Shown here piece after piece: positions 12,901 to 25,776 of a DNA stretch of 64,000 nucleotides. The translations under genes were made by a program, and so were the position numbers. The notes beneath the pieces were generated by a model. The model was not told the origin of the DNA, searched no databases, and saw only the letters and a list, made by a program, of their open reading frames with translations. Origin of the DNA: Phoronis australis (Eukaryota; Animalia; Phoronida). Position 1 is the stretch's first letter; each line of letters opens with the position of its first letter. The DNA lies in NCBI GenBank assembly GCA_002633005.1, contig NMRA01000447.1, positions 309,032-373,031 on the forward strand, in the 5' to 3' direction.

Positions 12901-15900
12901 AATTTCTTCATTTGTAACAGTATCTAATTGTATTCTCAAAATCTCCTGAGCTGTGTCAGTCTACTTCTTGGTTCCTTGTCGTTTTCAGCACTAATTCACT
13001 TTGTTTTCTTAAGTATTCCTACTGATTTTCGCATTTCCATTTATTTATATAGGGGAGCTTCTTATTAGCGGTCAATAAACTTTAGAAGGCTTCCTAATTG
13101 AAATCAAATTTTAATCAATGTATGAGTATAATGTAATGCAAATAAAAGTGTTTTCTCTCTCTCTTTCTCTCTCTGAAACGGCATAATCAGACATTTCGTC
13201 TATAGCATCAATTCATTGCCAAAAAGAACTGAACTATCCATGACCTACCAAGGATGTTTCACTTTTGGTTTATGTCACTGCAAGATTGGCACTTCAGCAG
13301 ACAGCTTCCTTATCAACTGGAAATATTACATCGTTGTCATAACTGTATGCCTTCATGCAGGGTACGAACCAATCTACATTAGAGATGAAGTTTGGTGCTG
13401 CAGGTGACTTGCTTACTGAGCAAATTGACAAGGACATGCACGTAAACTGACACCCTCTACAAGACGATGGGTGTCAATTCCTAGGTTAGGAAGGGGAGCT
13501 TTGAGTGTTGTGGCAAGACAATTTAACGAAGCCTTCGGTTGACGCAACTGGCTGGATTTTCCATGAAAAATCAATCTTACCTGGTCTCTTTCTGAGGTTT
13601 TAAAATATTTGCTCTATGAGAAGAGTGTCTCACCTGCCGAGCAGACTTTTCTAGAAAACGACTATATCTGACTATGTGCCGCTTCATAGACAGGTATGGT
13701 GTTTCTTTGAAAGACTTTGATAATTACCCTCTCGAGATGTTTCATGTGCTCACTTGTTTCTGTTTTCAAATGATGCTTTGCTTAAGTTCCCGCTTACCGT
13801 TTGCTGTTTCTATAGTTGTAGTGCTGGTGCAGATAGCATAACTACATGTAGGAAAGTCAAACGTTTGATCTTACTCGTTTTTATATACCTCACTTAACAC
13901 GATATGTTTGATAATATTTCCTTGTCTTCCTGCGGCACATTTTCGATTTTGTAGCACTGTCAGCACCTCCTCAAGACGCAAATGTGATTGTTACACGGAG
14001 TTCGTCACTGTACTTTTCGTGGAGTGGAGTGGAATGTGTTAAACAAAACGGACAAATAAGCAGCTACAGATATCAAGTACGTAACAGCAATGGTCCGTGC
14101 GTTGAAGCTAAAAATTGTGTCAATGAAACGGATATTCGAAACGTTACTTTGGTCAAGCTAACACCGTACAGTACATATGAGTTGAGAGTTCAGGCGATTG
14201 TAGGAAAGCAGGCTGGTCCTTGGACGGCGTGGACTATCGTGACAACTAACCAAAGTGGTAAGTGGGAATGTCGTCAGTTGGCTGCATGATGCTATGCAAA
14301 ATGTAATGCAAACAGAGCGCTATGGAATTTACCAACAGCAGTTCGTAATTCGAATGTTCCTTGATTTCCCTATAGTTCCTTTGATAAAAGAGTGTAAACA
14401 TATACCTGTAATAATCCGTTTCTTGAGCAGGCATTTTTTGTTGTTGATTCTTCAAAAGCATTGCAAGATGCAAATGGCTTAACATTTAACACTCTTGAGC
14501 CTAAGTTGTTGAAATTACACTCAAATAATTCCTTGTCAGTGTTCTTTTTATACGACCTTGGGACACCAAATTGAATGGGTGGCATTTACTGTATCAGGTT
14601 AGATCAGTCAGTGCGGTCAATGTGGTTGACTCGTTGGAGATTTTGGTTACAGTACTAACGGAGGACCTAAACACACGATTGCAAGCTCATTGTTTGCGCT
14701 TACGCCGTGAAAAACGGGTGTACACTGTTTGTACGAATGTTAGCAGTCAAACAGTCAAGAAATCAAAAATATTCAATCCTACCTGCTCTTTTTAAATTCT
14801 ATTACTGAGTATATTTAATCCAAACTCACTATGATGATTCATCAAATCGTGTGGCATTTTCTTATTAAACCAATAATTCTTAGGTGGCCCTTTTCAAGCG
14901 TCATACTTCAAATGTCGTGGAATTGTCCTGTATATAAAACAAAATATCTTTATGGAATTTTACGTATGCACGTTAAAAACTGCTGGAATAGGAAGCTGTT
15001 GAATCTTGGGACGTGTTTTGGTGCAAATGGTACCTAATCATCTTGTGATATCGGTGGCAGTGGAAGTATTTTTGAACAACAGCTTCCTTCGTTGTGTAGT
15101 GCACAAGCCTGTGATAGCTTTAAGTAGACATCTGTTGTAAGACAGGAAAGACACGGTTTGGTCAATGTGCCAACATTTGAGTCTATTGAAACTTGTTAGT
15201 TTGAAGATAATTTATCGATTTCATATACAGTTAATATTCTTCGGATAATAATTGTGTCGCAACACGTACATAGAAAATGTTAGCTGAACTTTACCCATCC
15301 TTCTTTCTCATACCGGTTAAGTAATCTGTAACTTGAAAGACTTCACCGATAACCAGTCGCGTGTCATATCCAGTTGATCTGATTGGATCAGCCAGCTGCA
15401 TAAAACTCAGCTAGTGAGCGTCCAGAACGTGTAAATCACTATCTATCTTTTGCATGCTAGCTTAAGTCGAGAGGCAACATGTTAGATATAGGGACATGAT
15501 TGTTAACTGAAAATCGGTGTCGACACGACTGAGCAATGTTACCTTGGGCTGGATTTCATAGTAAAAGTTCTACTCTGATTTGCTGATACGATGAGCAATG
15601 GGGTCGAACCTCTGTTCATGAGCTCTGTATATTCCCTGTCCTCATGCCCCAGAGATTGCCAAGAACCTATATTCTTCTCTCGCAATTGCCCTTCGGCCCC
15701 AAGTTCCCCGCGTTTCGAGAGCAATATTTTGTGCGATGGGGGTGAACTGGAGGCACGTATTCCCTGGTCTGATTTTGACCGATGTCTGCCGTACGGTTAC
15801 TACCCGTTGTAAGGTAAAGGGTTTTTGATCCGTGCTGAGTGCTGTAGTGGCAAATGCACTTTTTCCCCGAAATAAAGGGAAAAATTGCGAACCAAAGGTA

Positions 15901-18900
15901 TTGTATCGAGAACAAAATATTATTGATTTAAAGATTGGAATTCACCAAAACATTTCATGCTAATAATGCCTGAACAATTTTGTGACTTCTGGGTATTTCC
16001 AAGTTCTCAACAAACAAACTGAAATCTATTGCGCTGCAGGGGGCCAAGTCAAGTGTCAACTGGTTACCCACAGACCAAAAGTCAGTTTGTCTGGGAAGAC
16101 AACATAAGTGGTACCTTTCTCGTTCTAGTTCCAACAGCCCCAAAAAGCGTTATGGTCATCGAGCGTTCACCAGGATCTGTAACTCTATCATGGTCTGCTC
16201 CGTGTCCCCCGAGAGGTTTGATTGTCGGGTATATGGTCCAGTACCAGTCCCTTAATCGATCGGAGCCTGCCTTGACATCTGTTTGTAACAACTGCACCCG
16301 GATGTCTCTTCAGAACCTTCACTCTAACGAACTATACGAGTTCAAGGTAAGCGATTTTCATTGTAATTCCTTACAAAAAGACAGAGGCGGATCACGGATT
16401 TTGTGTAGGAGGAAGGGCGTGGGGACGGCCAGGGTATTATCAAGAATTTTTATCGTCAGACTTTGGCGCCCACGAACTGCCAAATGAAATATTTGATAAT
16501 TTTATTGTGGGGGCTTTGCCCTCTAAATCCACCACTGAAAGGTGCCCTAGTTTCGAGTGTTTGAGAGCGCTTTTTTGCCGGTTAAACAAATAAAAGTTCA
16601 ACCCAACCGCAACCAATTTAAACTTTTAGCCATTCTTTCCATCACGTCTCAAATTCTTTGGTAAAGAGTTTCGGGTCGAAGCCTCCTAACGTTTTAATAC
16701 TTCACATGTCATTTCACACATTGTTTATATTTTGTTGAGAAATTCGTTTGTCTTGCTTATTGTAAGAAAATCTGAATCTCTCTATCAACTCCGTCGAGCA
16801 TGAATAGATTGTCATGTAAACTAGAATTACACAAATAATGTCTATATCTAATATAACCAAATAATGTGATTTTTATAATATGTGTGACAACCCGGTAGGT
16901 CCAGTGGCTAGAGATGAGTCGCCGAAGTAGAATATTTAAGACGCATTGTGTTTGGTTAGTATCTGTAATGTTTCTTTCTGGATATTCTTTCTCAAATTTG
17001 ATGACTGTCAATTGAACAGATTCGTTACAAGTTGACCTTGGATTTTATATTTTGACAAAAAGTGCTTTGTAAAGTGAGAATTCAAGTGAGAGACGTTGGA
17101 ATACATCTTAGACATGGTGGCGCAGCTCTGAAAAAAGTTGGGGGTAAAGCCCTCTTAGCCCTTCTGTGGTGCAACGCCTATAGCCCATGTGCAACATAGA
17201 ACTGAAAATAGTGGGGGCTATAGCCCCAAAGCCCCCTATGGTACGCCGCCCATGTTAGAATTGGACATCATAAGTTTTAGAAACTAAACGTGCGAGCATC
17301 AAGAAAATAAAGCCAAACTCAGGTTGTAATTTACATGTACATGTGGCATAATAATCTTCAAAGTGAAAACTCTGCCACCTGGCGCTTGCATATTCAACAA
17401 TATAATAGGTAAATTGTATAAAGGCGGGAACAGAATTTTGTGTTTTAATGTCATGCTTAACTTTTTTAGAAATGGAGCCTTGAGTTACTCAAGTTTTGTG
17501 TATTAATATGCGTTTGTTTTCATTCTAGGTTAGAGCAAAAACAATTGACTGGGGGGAATGGAGATCTTCTATCTTTGAGAAAACAAATATGGGTGAGAAC
17601 GTCTCTTAATTCCTTTGAAGCAGTGCTTCACATAATCGATGTAATATTTCTTTTTGCCTGACTGTACTTGCGTACTTTGTCTAACAGACTGAATGGCTGG
17701 TGTGTTTTTCGTATTCTAAACGTTCTTCCACCCAATCTCTTCAGCCCCAATGCCACCCAAATCTTTGGGGTGTACGGGAGACTTGCAACAAGAATCTGAA
17801 GAACACATTGGAAATATGAATTGGTACTTATTTGAAGAACATTAAAATACTCGGATTGATAGAGAATAGGAAACAGTGAAAATAAGACATTGTAGTTATT
17901 TCACTATATTGCATTGTTACATGCAATACAGCATGACATAAATGCACAAGACGTACCTAGAGTGATGTCGACCTGGACCTTCGGTCTCGGTCGATACGCG
18001 GAATAATGTCTCGTGGGATATTACTTCATGTAAGCCAATTGAGGTACGTTTTGCATTTATCGCATACGCTTCGAACTCCCAAGTTTCTTTCATTTTGTCG
18101 GCAGATTTTCTAAATACTTCACTCAGACTGTTCACGCGGCGGATCACATTTTATACGTATGTACTTGCGCATTAGGCAGCAAGCTTTCTCTAATAAAATA
18201 AACATTTTTAAATGTGACGATTTATTACTTGAAAAGAGATGTTGAGTGTTTTTTACACTGGTATAATGGTATTTCTTTAAACCATTTTCCGAAAGTTTGG
18301 TTATCGAACTGGCTAACGACGTCGAGTAGATATTGACGTACCTTTTGAACTTTCATGCCGTAGGCCACTGTTGAAGTAGTGCGTTAGGTGAATACGGAAA
18401 ACCTTATTACATGGTAGTATTTCCCTCTACAGATTCAACGCATATAGGATAAATAGAAATAAAAAATGATTGAGCAATAAAACGCAAATGCATCTTCCGC
18501 TGACAAACTCTAGAACGGAGACAGTTCAGTTTTGGGTAGCAAGGTGTTAACAAAGAATGAAGTAAAACTGTAAGAAACATAAGGGCGGCAGAGCAAAAAC
18601 GTGTTAACAACAACAGGCGCAAAGAGACGAATAAAGAGGTCACAAACAGAATATAAGTATCGTCCATCTGGAATAAAGCAATTGCGATTTATTTTCCAGA
18701 ACTGAAATTCTGATTCAAATTTAATCGATTTCAAAATCAGTATTACTCTTGTAAAACAGTCTGTGGTTGAACTAAAATTGTTGTGAACAACTTTCCAATA
18801 TTTTCGTAGTCCTTTTGTGTGCGTGTTTTCGTCTGCGACAGCATATGACGACCATATGAGTCATTCTAAGATGGCTGCCGAAAAGCAATGTACAGTTGGA

Positions 18901-21900
18901 ACAACTCGACATAAATTAAAGAAATTTTTGAACCAACGAGTACTAAAAATTTGTAAAAGTTAAGTCAAACCCTATTCGGAGCATAACTTTGAAGTGGAAT
19001 AATTCGGTGAGTACAACGAGCCGGTATATTACTTAGGTGGACGACCATTGGTTTTCCGAGCGTAAATTTGACATTTCACCCTGGTCTGTACTCCTGTGCA
19101 TTACCGTGAATATGTTTGTATATAGTGTACCGCACTGCTTACTTTCCTTCCCAACAGTAATAGACTACAACATCGTCGGTGCCGTTTGTGGATTCTTGGC
19201 TTTTATCGTTCTTGTCGCTATTATTGGGTTTCTGTTTCATAGGTGAGTATTGGTACTCTCTATAGTTTCACCAAAGTTCTGTCACACTTACATGTATTCT
19301 GGAGAACACCAAAAATTGAAGCAGAAAGAAAAGAGCACACCTTGTGTAAAAACGAAGCGCAAATATATCAAGCGTTTGACATTTACTATACTGTGTAAGG
19401 GGAAGCACGATATACACCTATCCGTTTACCCCCTTCTTGAGGTTACATCGCTCTTCCAATGTATCAATATTATGTGCATGAGGTCGCGAGCTTGAAAGTG
19501 AAACTGTCACATTTCACCAACGCTATCTTGTTGACTTCTCTTTTGTCACCAGACTGAACGCTCTGCAATGTGTTTTAACCTTTTGCCTAATCAAAATACA
19601 TGAGGATTTTCAATCGTGAATCTGTTTCAAAGCTGTGTGAATGTTAATGATATCTAGATCTAGTTTCTTGACTGAAAAGGGTATCCTATAAATTCAGTAA
19701 CGAAATGTCCCGTTTTACGTACATTTAAATATTTCTTTAAAATCCAGAAAAAGACGATGGTGCCACGAGACGCCAAAAAGTGAGACAAAAACAGAAGGAC
19801 ACTGTGATGAGCCAGGTACAGGTACATTTGAACGCTTCCGAAGGTGAATGCGGCACTTATTAGGTACGAAGGAATTGGTTAAGCTTCAGGTTTGGTGACC
19901 TGAAGTTTAAAAGCCAACTTCAAGCCATATGGCTACAGTGAGGGGAAAAGGCTCTTCAGGTAATCTTGATGGAGCCTTTTTGTGACGAGAATATCGAAGC
20001 ATGGGAGTGAAATTCCGTGTTTCGAGAACAACGAGCATCAGGGAATGGGCAAAACGTATGGGAACCAGACATGTGGACCTCTTTTTACCGTGCATGGTAT
20101 ACGAAGAAATGATTTTACACCAGCTTCAAACCACATGATTACCCGGATGTTGTTGGTTCTTTTAACTGTTGCACATGAAGGTATTTCCACCATGTAAGTG
20201 TTTTGGCACATTAAAGTTTTACATGCCCGTTCACGTCACTGAACATTGTTGAATTGAAATGTTATTTCAACCAGCTAGGGGTTCTGGTTTTCACTCTATT
20301 TTTCAATGTAGTCTACATTAGGTTGGTGGCTTGGGTAGATGAGCTTGTAAACTACAGTGCATGAACGCGTACACCATAGATACAGCTGTACTGCATCGAT
20401 GGAGAGGAGAGCTCTCTTCATACGACGATGCAGCGTCACGTGTACACGTACAGGTGCACATGGGTCTTGTCGGCCAGGTCACATACATGTATCCGTATCA
20501 CGCTAGAAGCTCCGCGTGTTTAACTGTTACTCTAGTTCACTGCGTGGAGTACTAAATACAAGAAAAGTATTAAAATAAAGTAAAACAAGTGATTTATTCT
20601 ACGTTCAATCTGGTTTCCTAATTCTAACGCATATTTCTGTGCCATTGTTTATCTTTCCCTGAAGTCCAGCACTTGTTTATGTAATCTCCATATGTATTTC
20701 CTGGTTTGATCGCTGATAAGAACTGCAAACTACACAAGCAAATCTCTGTTGAGGTGTGGTTGACTTTAATTTATCTCATAATTAAGAGATACATGTTAAG
20801 TCTGTGAACTGGTTGGATTGGTTTCATTTTTACCATGCTCGACAATACGTCAAAACCGTAAAATAATTGCGTTGTCAAAAATGTCTAAGGTCAATATTAT
20901 TGGAACTTACATTTAATCGTTCCTTCATGTACATGTAGTCATCTAAACTCATGTTAATTTTTACAACAGGTCGCTCAAGACGATTACATCAAAATCTTGT
21001 CCCTGCCACGGAGATGTCCACAATTGACAACAATAAGCCGGTAAGAAAAATGGATATCATACTAAATAGATCGCTGCACAGGAACGCGTTTAACCATATG
21101 GAGTGCTTGGACCTGCATTGATTCATACTTGAATTTAATATTCAGAGTTGTGAGGTTCACATGTCCAGAGAAACCTGAGCATATGATTCTAAAACCTGAC
21201 ACCAAATCACGATACATACCCTGCAACTTAGAAATCAATCATGTAATCTTTAAATTGATAATTATGACATACAATGTCATGCAGTGGCCTCAAATGTGAA
21301 GTAGTAGGCATGTTTATGAACACTATGGCTTCTCCAACATCGCCGTGGTGATTTGACTCGATATTATTGAGGTGGCGTGTTTGCTGAGAAATGCGTATAT
21401 CCAATTAAATTCACCGACAAGTTCATTTATGTACAGCATTTCTTTTCGGTATTTTTTTCAGAATGAAAATGACGCACCCAACACTTACGAAACTGTCACT
21501 GACGACAGACCGACTTCCAACGTATATGAGAAGATAGAGCCCGCATATTGGGCGATACCGTATAACTCTATCGTTTTTGATGAGGGTGTTGGTAAAGGGA
21601 GTTTTGGTGACGTTCTATCTGCTACCATTGCCAAGGATGGCGCTTCGGTCAAGGTGGCATTAAAACGATTAAACGGTAAATACATTCAATCACTGATCCA
21701 GAAGGTGTTTATTGTATGTGAATTCCCTCCTGTAAATGAGAGCATGTTTTCCATGGTCGTGAATCTGGGTATGTGAATATCTCTTTCTAATATTGCACAA
21801 CGACATGCCTGAAAAAATAGCTGTTCAGTTTCTTTCTTTAGCGCAACGCTTGCATTTAACTTGAGCTGCAACAAAACAGCATATTAGTAAATGCATGAAA

Positions 21901-24900
21901 TGGACACATAAAGCTCAGCTTAGTGCTTGACTTTGTATACTGATTTCCTAATATATTAACGACTTGCTAAAGCAACAATCATAATGTTATCTAATCCACA
22001 TTCTTTAACATTCAGCTCGCGCCACAGACAAAGACAAGACCGACTTTATCGGAGAGCTCAATATTTTTAGCCAAGTGGGAAGTCACGCAAACGTCATATC
22101 ATTGATAGGAGCTTGTGAATATGAAGGTAACCTCAGGACCAGGCACAATACCACTGGTTTAATTGTCGAATTAGATTAAATAACAATTAGTTAAGAGTAG
22201 CAAATTGTATTTTATGGTAACCCCCATGCAGTGTAACGATATTGTTCTCCGGTGGGTTTTTTAAAGGAAAGACGGAATTGAAAATTTGACTAAAATGCGG
22301 TACTACATAAACTATATTTACAGTACACAATAAAAGGGTTTCAAACACAACTAAAGCAATCTAGGGAAATACTAAAAAGTTAAAAACAAAACAGGTACCT
22401 GTTTTTAACATCCCTGCAGGTTTAGTCTTGTTGACATCAGAATAAAAAACTCCATTTTAACGTCCCAGCGTACAGAGTTGGATATTAGCCTAAACTGATA
22501 CCAGTTTTATGGATCTAAAATTACTAGGTAAGATGTGAATTTGGTGTACTAATTACACTTTGAAACCAATGAGTTCCCCACACAATGGGGACATTTGCAG
22601 TGTTCATCATTAAACATTTGATAATCTCTAGACACTCAATTTGTGACAGCAAAAATGTATACATCTACATGTATAGACAACAGCAATACACATATATGCG
22701 GTTCACTAAGGCATACAATATCGTAATCATATTCTAAGTCTCTGAAATCTGGTCCTGGTACCATATTTTACTGGCTGAAGTATTTAAATCCCTGTTCCAA
22801 AATGCGCACCCAATAAAACTTAGACTGCAGTCTACTATTTCTGAACAACACATGTTTGATATTATGTTTTATTGATTACGCCTGCAGATGTTTTATTTGT
22901 GGCTACTGAATATGCTTCGAAAGGGAACCTTCGAACGTTTCTAAGAGACAGTCGTATGGACTCTGATTACGCCAACGTTGGCTCTATGACAAGTCTTAGT
23001 GAGAAGCAGTTGCTGCAGATGGCGCTGGACGTCTCTCGGGGGATGAAGCACCTTGCTGCTTTTAAGGTAGTGACTGAGGAATGTAGGCTGATTCTAGTCT
23101 GAACATAAAAACTTTGATATGTAGAAGACGAACAGTGTTAAAAGCACAACTAAACTTTTTATTTGAAAGATTGATACTGAAAAAATGTATTTTCAACGAA
23201 GATTGTGCTAACGAATGACAGCTGCCAAACTATACCGATTTGTTGGAGGATGTATATCAACAAAATGCTGATATGAAACTGGAGATTTGAGGCGTTTGAA
23301 TGTGATGTCAAGAGTAAAGCCTGGTATACTTGACCGACGTAAACTCCGAAGAACGGCAACAGTTTTGGGGTATATTTTGAAGCTATGTGACCAGTAATTG
23401 ATCACGGTTTACTAATGTACACAAAGCAACGCAATCCATTGTCAAATGTAAAAGAATTTAATGGCATAGGGTGTATTTCGTTGTACAACATTTTGTTTTA
23501 AATATTTTCAACTATATTTTTTGATTTTTTAATTTCTGATTATTGCAAACACGAACCACTTTTTATAAAATATTGCTTTTGCAGATAATTCACCGCGACC
23601 TTGCTGCAAGAAATGTCCTGGTTAGCGAAAACTTGACAGCCAAGATATCTGATTTCGGACTCAGCAGAAATGAAGACATCTACGTGAAGCAATCGCAGAC
23701 GAGAGTCGCAATACGCTGGATGTCGCCAGAGTCACTCTTTGACCATTCATGTACCACTAAAAGTGACGTGTACGCCAATTTTAATGTCTTGTTTCTGGAG
23801 AAATTATTGAAATTACTACAAATTTTTTTGAAAACTATTTTTTTTTAGCCTTTGGTGCTTTGCAAGAATATCACTGTGATTTAAAAGCAAATGAGAGAAA
23901 CTCGGTGTGTTTTCATCTTACCAATATCAATATTTCAGTTGGTCCTTTGGAATTCTGTTGTGGGAAATCGTGACATTAGGTGAGTTTTCTGAATAAAAGA
24001 TATTTGCGACTAGAAAAGACTTGCATCATAGTCATGTCATGGTGTCAATGCCACAGTAGCCTACAATTTGTTTCTGATATTTTTACTTAATCTGACTCAA
24101 TTCTACTACCCGTACATGTAAATATTAACATAATTTGGACCACATAACGGGAATTTCAGTAGACAACACCGTAGGCGTGTAATCGGAAAACGAAATTTTT
24201 GAGGCATTTCATAGACTTCAAAAAACGCCGAGACATTTATTCGAAAAAAGGGACGTGTAAACGGAAAGGTATAGTTTTGCTTGACTTGAAACTCTTGTAC
24301 TTAAAACTACGTTTTTAAATTTGTGTAAATAATTGCAAAGTTTGCCTGCGCCTTGTTCGTTTTTATAAGGATAAGTGCTTTACAAAACTGAATATATTAC
24401 AAAACGTTGACGATGAGTGGGATTTCAAAAAGGAAAACTTCCAAGTAAACGTCCCCCTGTCTGGACACTTTACACCACAAGCTGTAACTTCAAATATACG
24501 TCCATGGGCGTTTCGACGGCTGAGCTTATCTATGGAAAACTCCGGTAGCTGATATACTGGACACAAAGTTGCTTTCACTGTGTTTGGCTAGGTTGTGACT
24601 TGCTTCTTCAAGACGACTTTTTAACCCAGTCCCCTGCAGTTACACATAGCCCCGTGTAATTTATTATATACGTGTATCCTATACCACGTCTATTTCTTTC
24701 AAGGACCCCTCATTTAGTGACGTACAATTGGCTCAATCAAATTCTCCAGTTTCGTGTGTGTTTCAGGAGGAACGCCCTACAGCGGGATACCCAGCAGTGA
24801 CCTCCTGGTTATGCTTAAGTCTGGCTACAGGATGCCTCAGCCCTGTAACTGCAGTGATGACGTGTAAGTACAGGTCCTGTGGTGCAGGAACTCAGGTCAT

Positions 24901-25324
24901 GACAGGCGAGTGCGTGTGTGCAGTAAGGAATACAACTAGAAGCCACGTTTCCAATCCTCTAGTATCAGTCTGATATCAGACCGCAAGGTGGTAGTTACAT
25001 GTTTCTGTCGTTTCACGCGATCCCTTCGACACCACATCCGGGGAATAAGATTCATTATTGTCTGAGTTCTAATTAAAAATTTTAACTCAAAACCCAACAA
25101 AAACAAATCCATTTGACGTTTCTTACGTGAATTTATACTTTGCTCTCCTTAGATACGAGTTGATGACATCATGCTGTAGCGAAGCTCCTCGCCAGCGACC
25201 AACGTCCCATGTTCTTGTGGTCATGTTAGAAGACATGTTAGTCCAGAGGAAGACATTTATTTCCGTGAAGTGTGGAAACGATTTCTTGTACGAGATCATC
25301 GACACCGAGGAAGATGACCAATAG
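760..25324 (+). CDS. Tie/TEK-like receptor tyrosine kinase, 5'-incomplete (EGF-like - FN3 x4 - TM - tyrosine kinase)
   Basis: Exons traced by hand with AG/GT ends and matching phases: 760-900, 8616-8924, 9121-9185, 10016-10226, 13955-14257, 16129-16346, 17529-17592, 19158-19242, 19748-19815, 20970-21040, 21462-21675, 22016-22126, 22888-23066, 23585-23769, 23939-23979, 24767-24863, 25153-25324 (TAG). Kinase motifs are [38 protein letters not shown] and GGTPY. The tail RKTFISV..FLYEIID resembles Tie2 RKTYVN..FTYAGID. Confidence 0.92.
2041..4480 (-). mobile_element. Degenerate Penelope-like retroelement (RT + GIY-YIG endonuclease) in an intron
   Basis: Minus-strand motifs RPIIS (~3830), [12 protein letters not shown] (~3630-3665), QTNGVPMG (~3460-3480), YCRHGDDTF (degenerate YVDD, ~3347-3375) and VHRKPT. 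The C-terminal part [29 protein letters not shown] is GIY-YIG-like. Many stops and frameshifts. Confidence 0.88.
4625..6366 (+). mobile_element. Helentron-associated non-autonomous element (HINE / DINE-1 / pearl-like) with internal tandem repeats
   Basis: TTTT start; 14-bp inverted repeat 4632-4645/4648-4661; GTCC/CGTC microsatellite 4674-4730; three-subunit higher-order repeat of ~440-460 bp; second subTIR TGTGGACGCAT 6330-6340; 3' hairpin CAACGC-tcc-GCGTTG 6343-6357. Confidence 0.8.
8616..8924 (+). CDS. Exon: FN3 domain 1
   Basis: [26 protein letters not shown]; tatag acceptor, gtacaa donor; phase 1-1. Confidence 0.85.
9121..10226 (+). CDS. Exons 9121-9185 and 10016-10226: FN3 domain 2
   Basis: [15 protein letters not shown] joins [22 protein letters not shown] through a phase-0 intron. 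Confidence 0.75.
9578..9827. mobile_element. MITE with CATG termini and 5-bp TSD (hAT-like)
   Basis: CATGCGTGCATCCAG...CTGGGTGCGCGCATG, flanked on both sides by TTCTG. Confidence 0.75.
11836..11982. mobile_element. GC-rich MITE with 5-bp TSD
   Basis: CATGGGCGGCGCA...TGCGCTGCCCATA flanked by TAACA; related copies at 17113, 25707 and ~36018. Confidence 0.75.
12440..13172 (+). mobile_element. 3' fragment of a CR1/L2-group LINE
   Basis: [20 protein letters not shown] and [29 protein letters not shown] resemble the ORF2 C-terminus of these LINEs; followed by AATAAA at 13141 and a CT-rich tail. Confidence 0.65.
13955..14257 (+). CDS. Exon: FN3 domain 3
   Basis: [37 protein letters not shown]; phase 1-1. 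Confidence 0.9.
16129..17592 (+). CDS. Exons 16129-16346 and 17529-17592: FN3 domain 4
   Basis: [35 protein letters not shown] joins [11 protein letters not shown] through a phase-0 intron. Confidence 0.88.
17113..17254. mobile_element. GC-rich MITE, same family as 11836, opposite orientation
   Basis: CATGGTGGCGCAG...TACGCCGCCCATG flanked by TTAGA. Confidence 0.75.
19158..19242 (+). CDS. Exon: transmembrane helix
   Basis: [22 protein letters not shown]; the next exon (19748) supplies the basic stop-transfer segment RKRR. Confidence 0.85.
21462..25324 (+). CDS. Seven exons encoding the tyrosine kinase domain and C-terminal tail
   Basis: Subdomains I-XI are recoverable in order with phase-matched introns; HRDLAARN marks a tyrosine kinase. 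Confidence 0.95.
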
Positions 25325-25599
25325 TTTAAACACAGGGAGCAAGATCTTTGAAAGATTATTCTAGATGAGAATTTGTTAACAGTAGACACGTTGTTCTATG
25401 TAATTTTTCCGATGCGGTTATATTTTGCATTGGCTCATTGTAACTGTCCAGTGTTATCTCTTGGCAGTGACAATTCTTTTACTCCCAATACCGTTTTTTT
25501 GGCTTTTAAATAAGCTGTTCTTTTAGTAGTTTTATTATTACATATACTTATTATGTAAACAGTTGCTCTTGTATCATATTCCAAGTTAAACGACCAAGT

Positions 25600-25607
<8 letters not shown>

Positions 25608-25640
<33 letters not shown>
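25608..25640. repeat. (TA)n microsatellite
   Basis: Directly visible. Confidence 0.95.
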
Positions 25641-25642
<2 letters not shown>

Positions 25643-25706
25643 TCATTCTAGAACGCATCTTACTTTGGGAATGTGATAGTACGTATTACCTAATGTGTGT
25701 ACATTC

Positions 25707-25776
25707 CATGGGCAGCGCAGCACTGATATGAGTTGGGGGCTACAGACCCCCAGCCCCCTATGGTGTGCCGCTCATG
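25707..25776. mobile_element. Short deletion derivative of the same GC-rich MITE
   Basis: CATGGGCAGCGCA...TGTGCCGCTCATG; flanks CATTC/TATTC match at 4 of 5 bases. Confidence 0.65.

Noticed and set aside
17745-17822. Extra RTK exon (APMPPKSL..) before the transmembrane exon
   Set aside because: The acceptor is plausible but the available donor gives phase 2, incompatible with the phase-1 TM exon; it could be a decayed FN3 exon.
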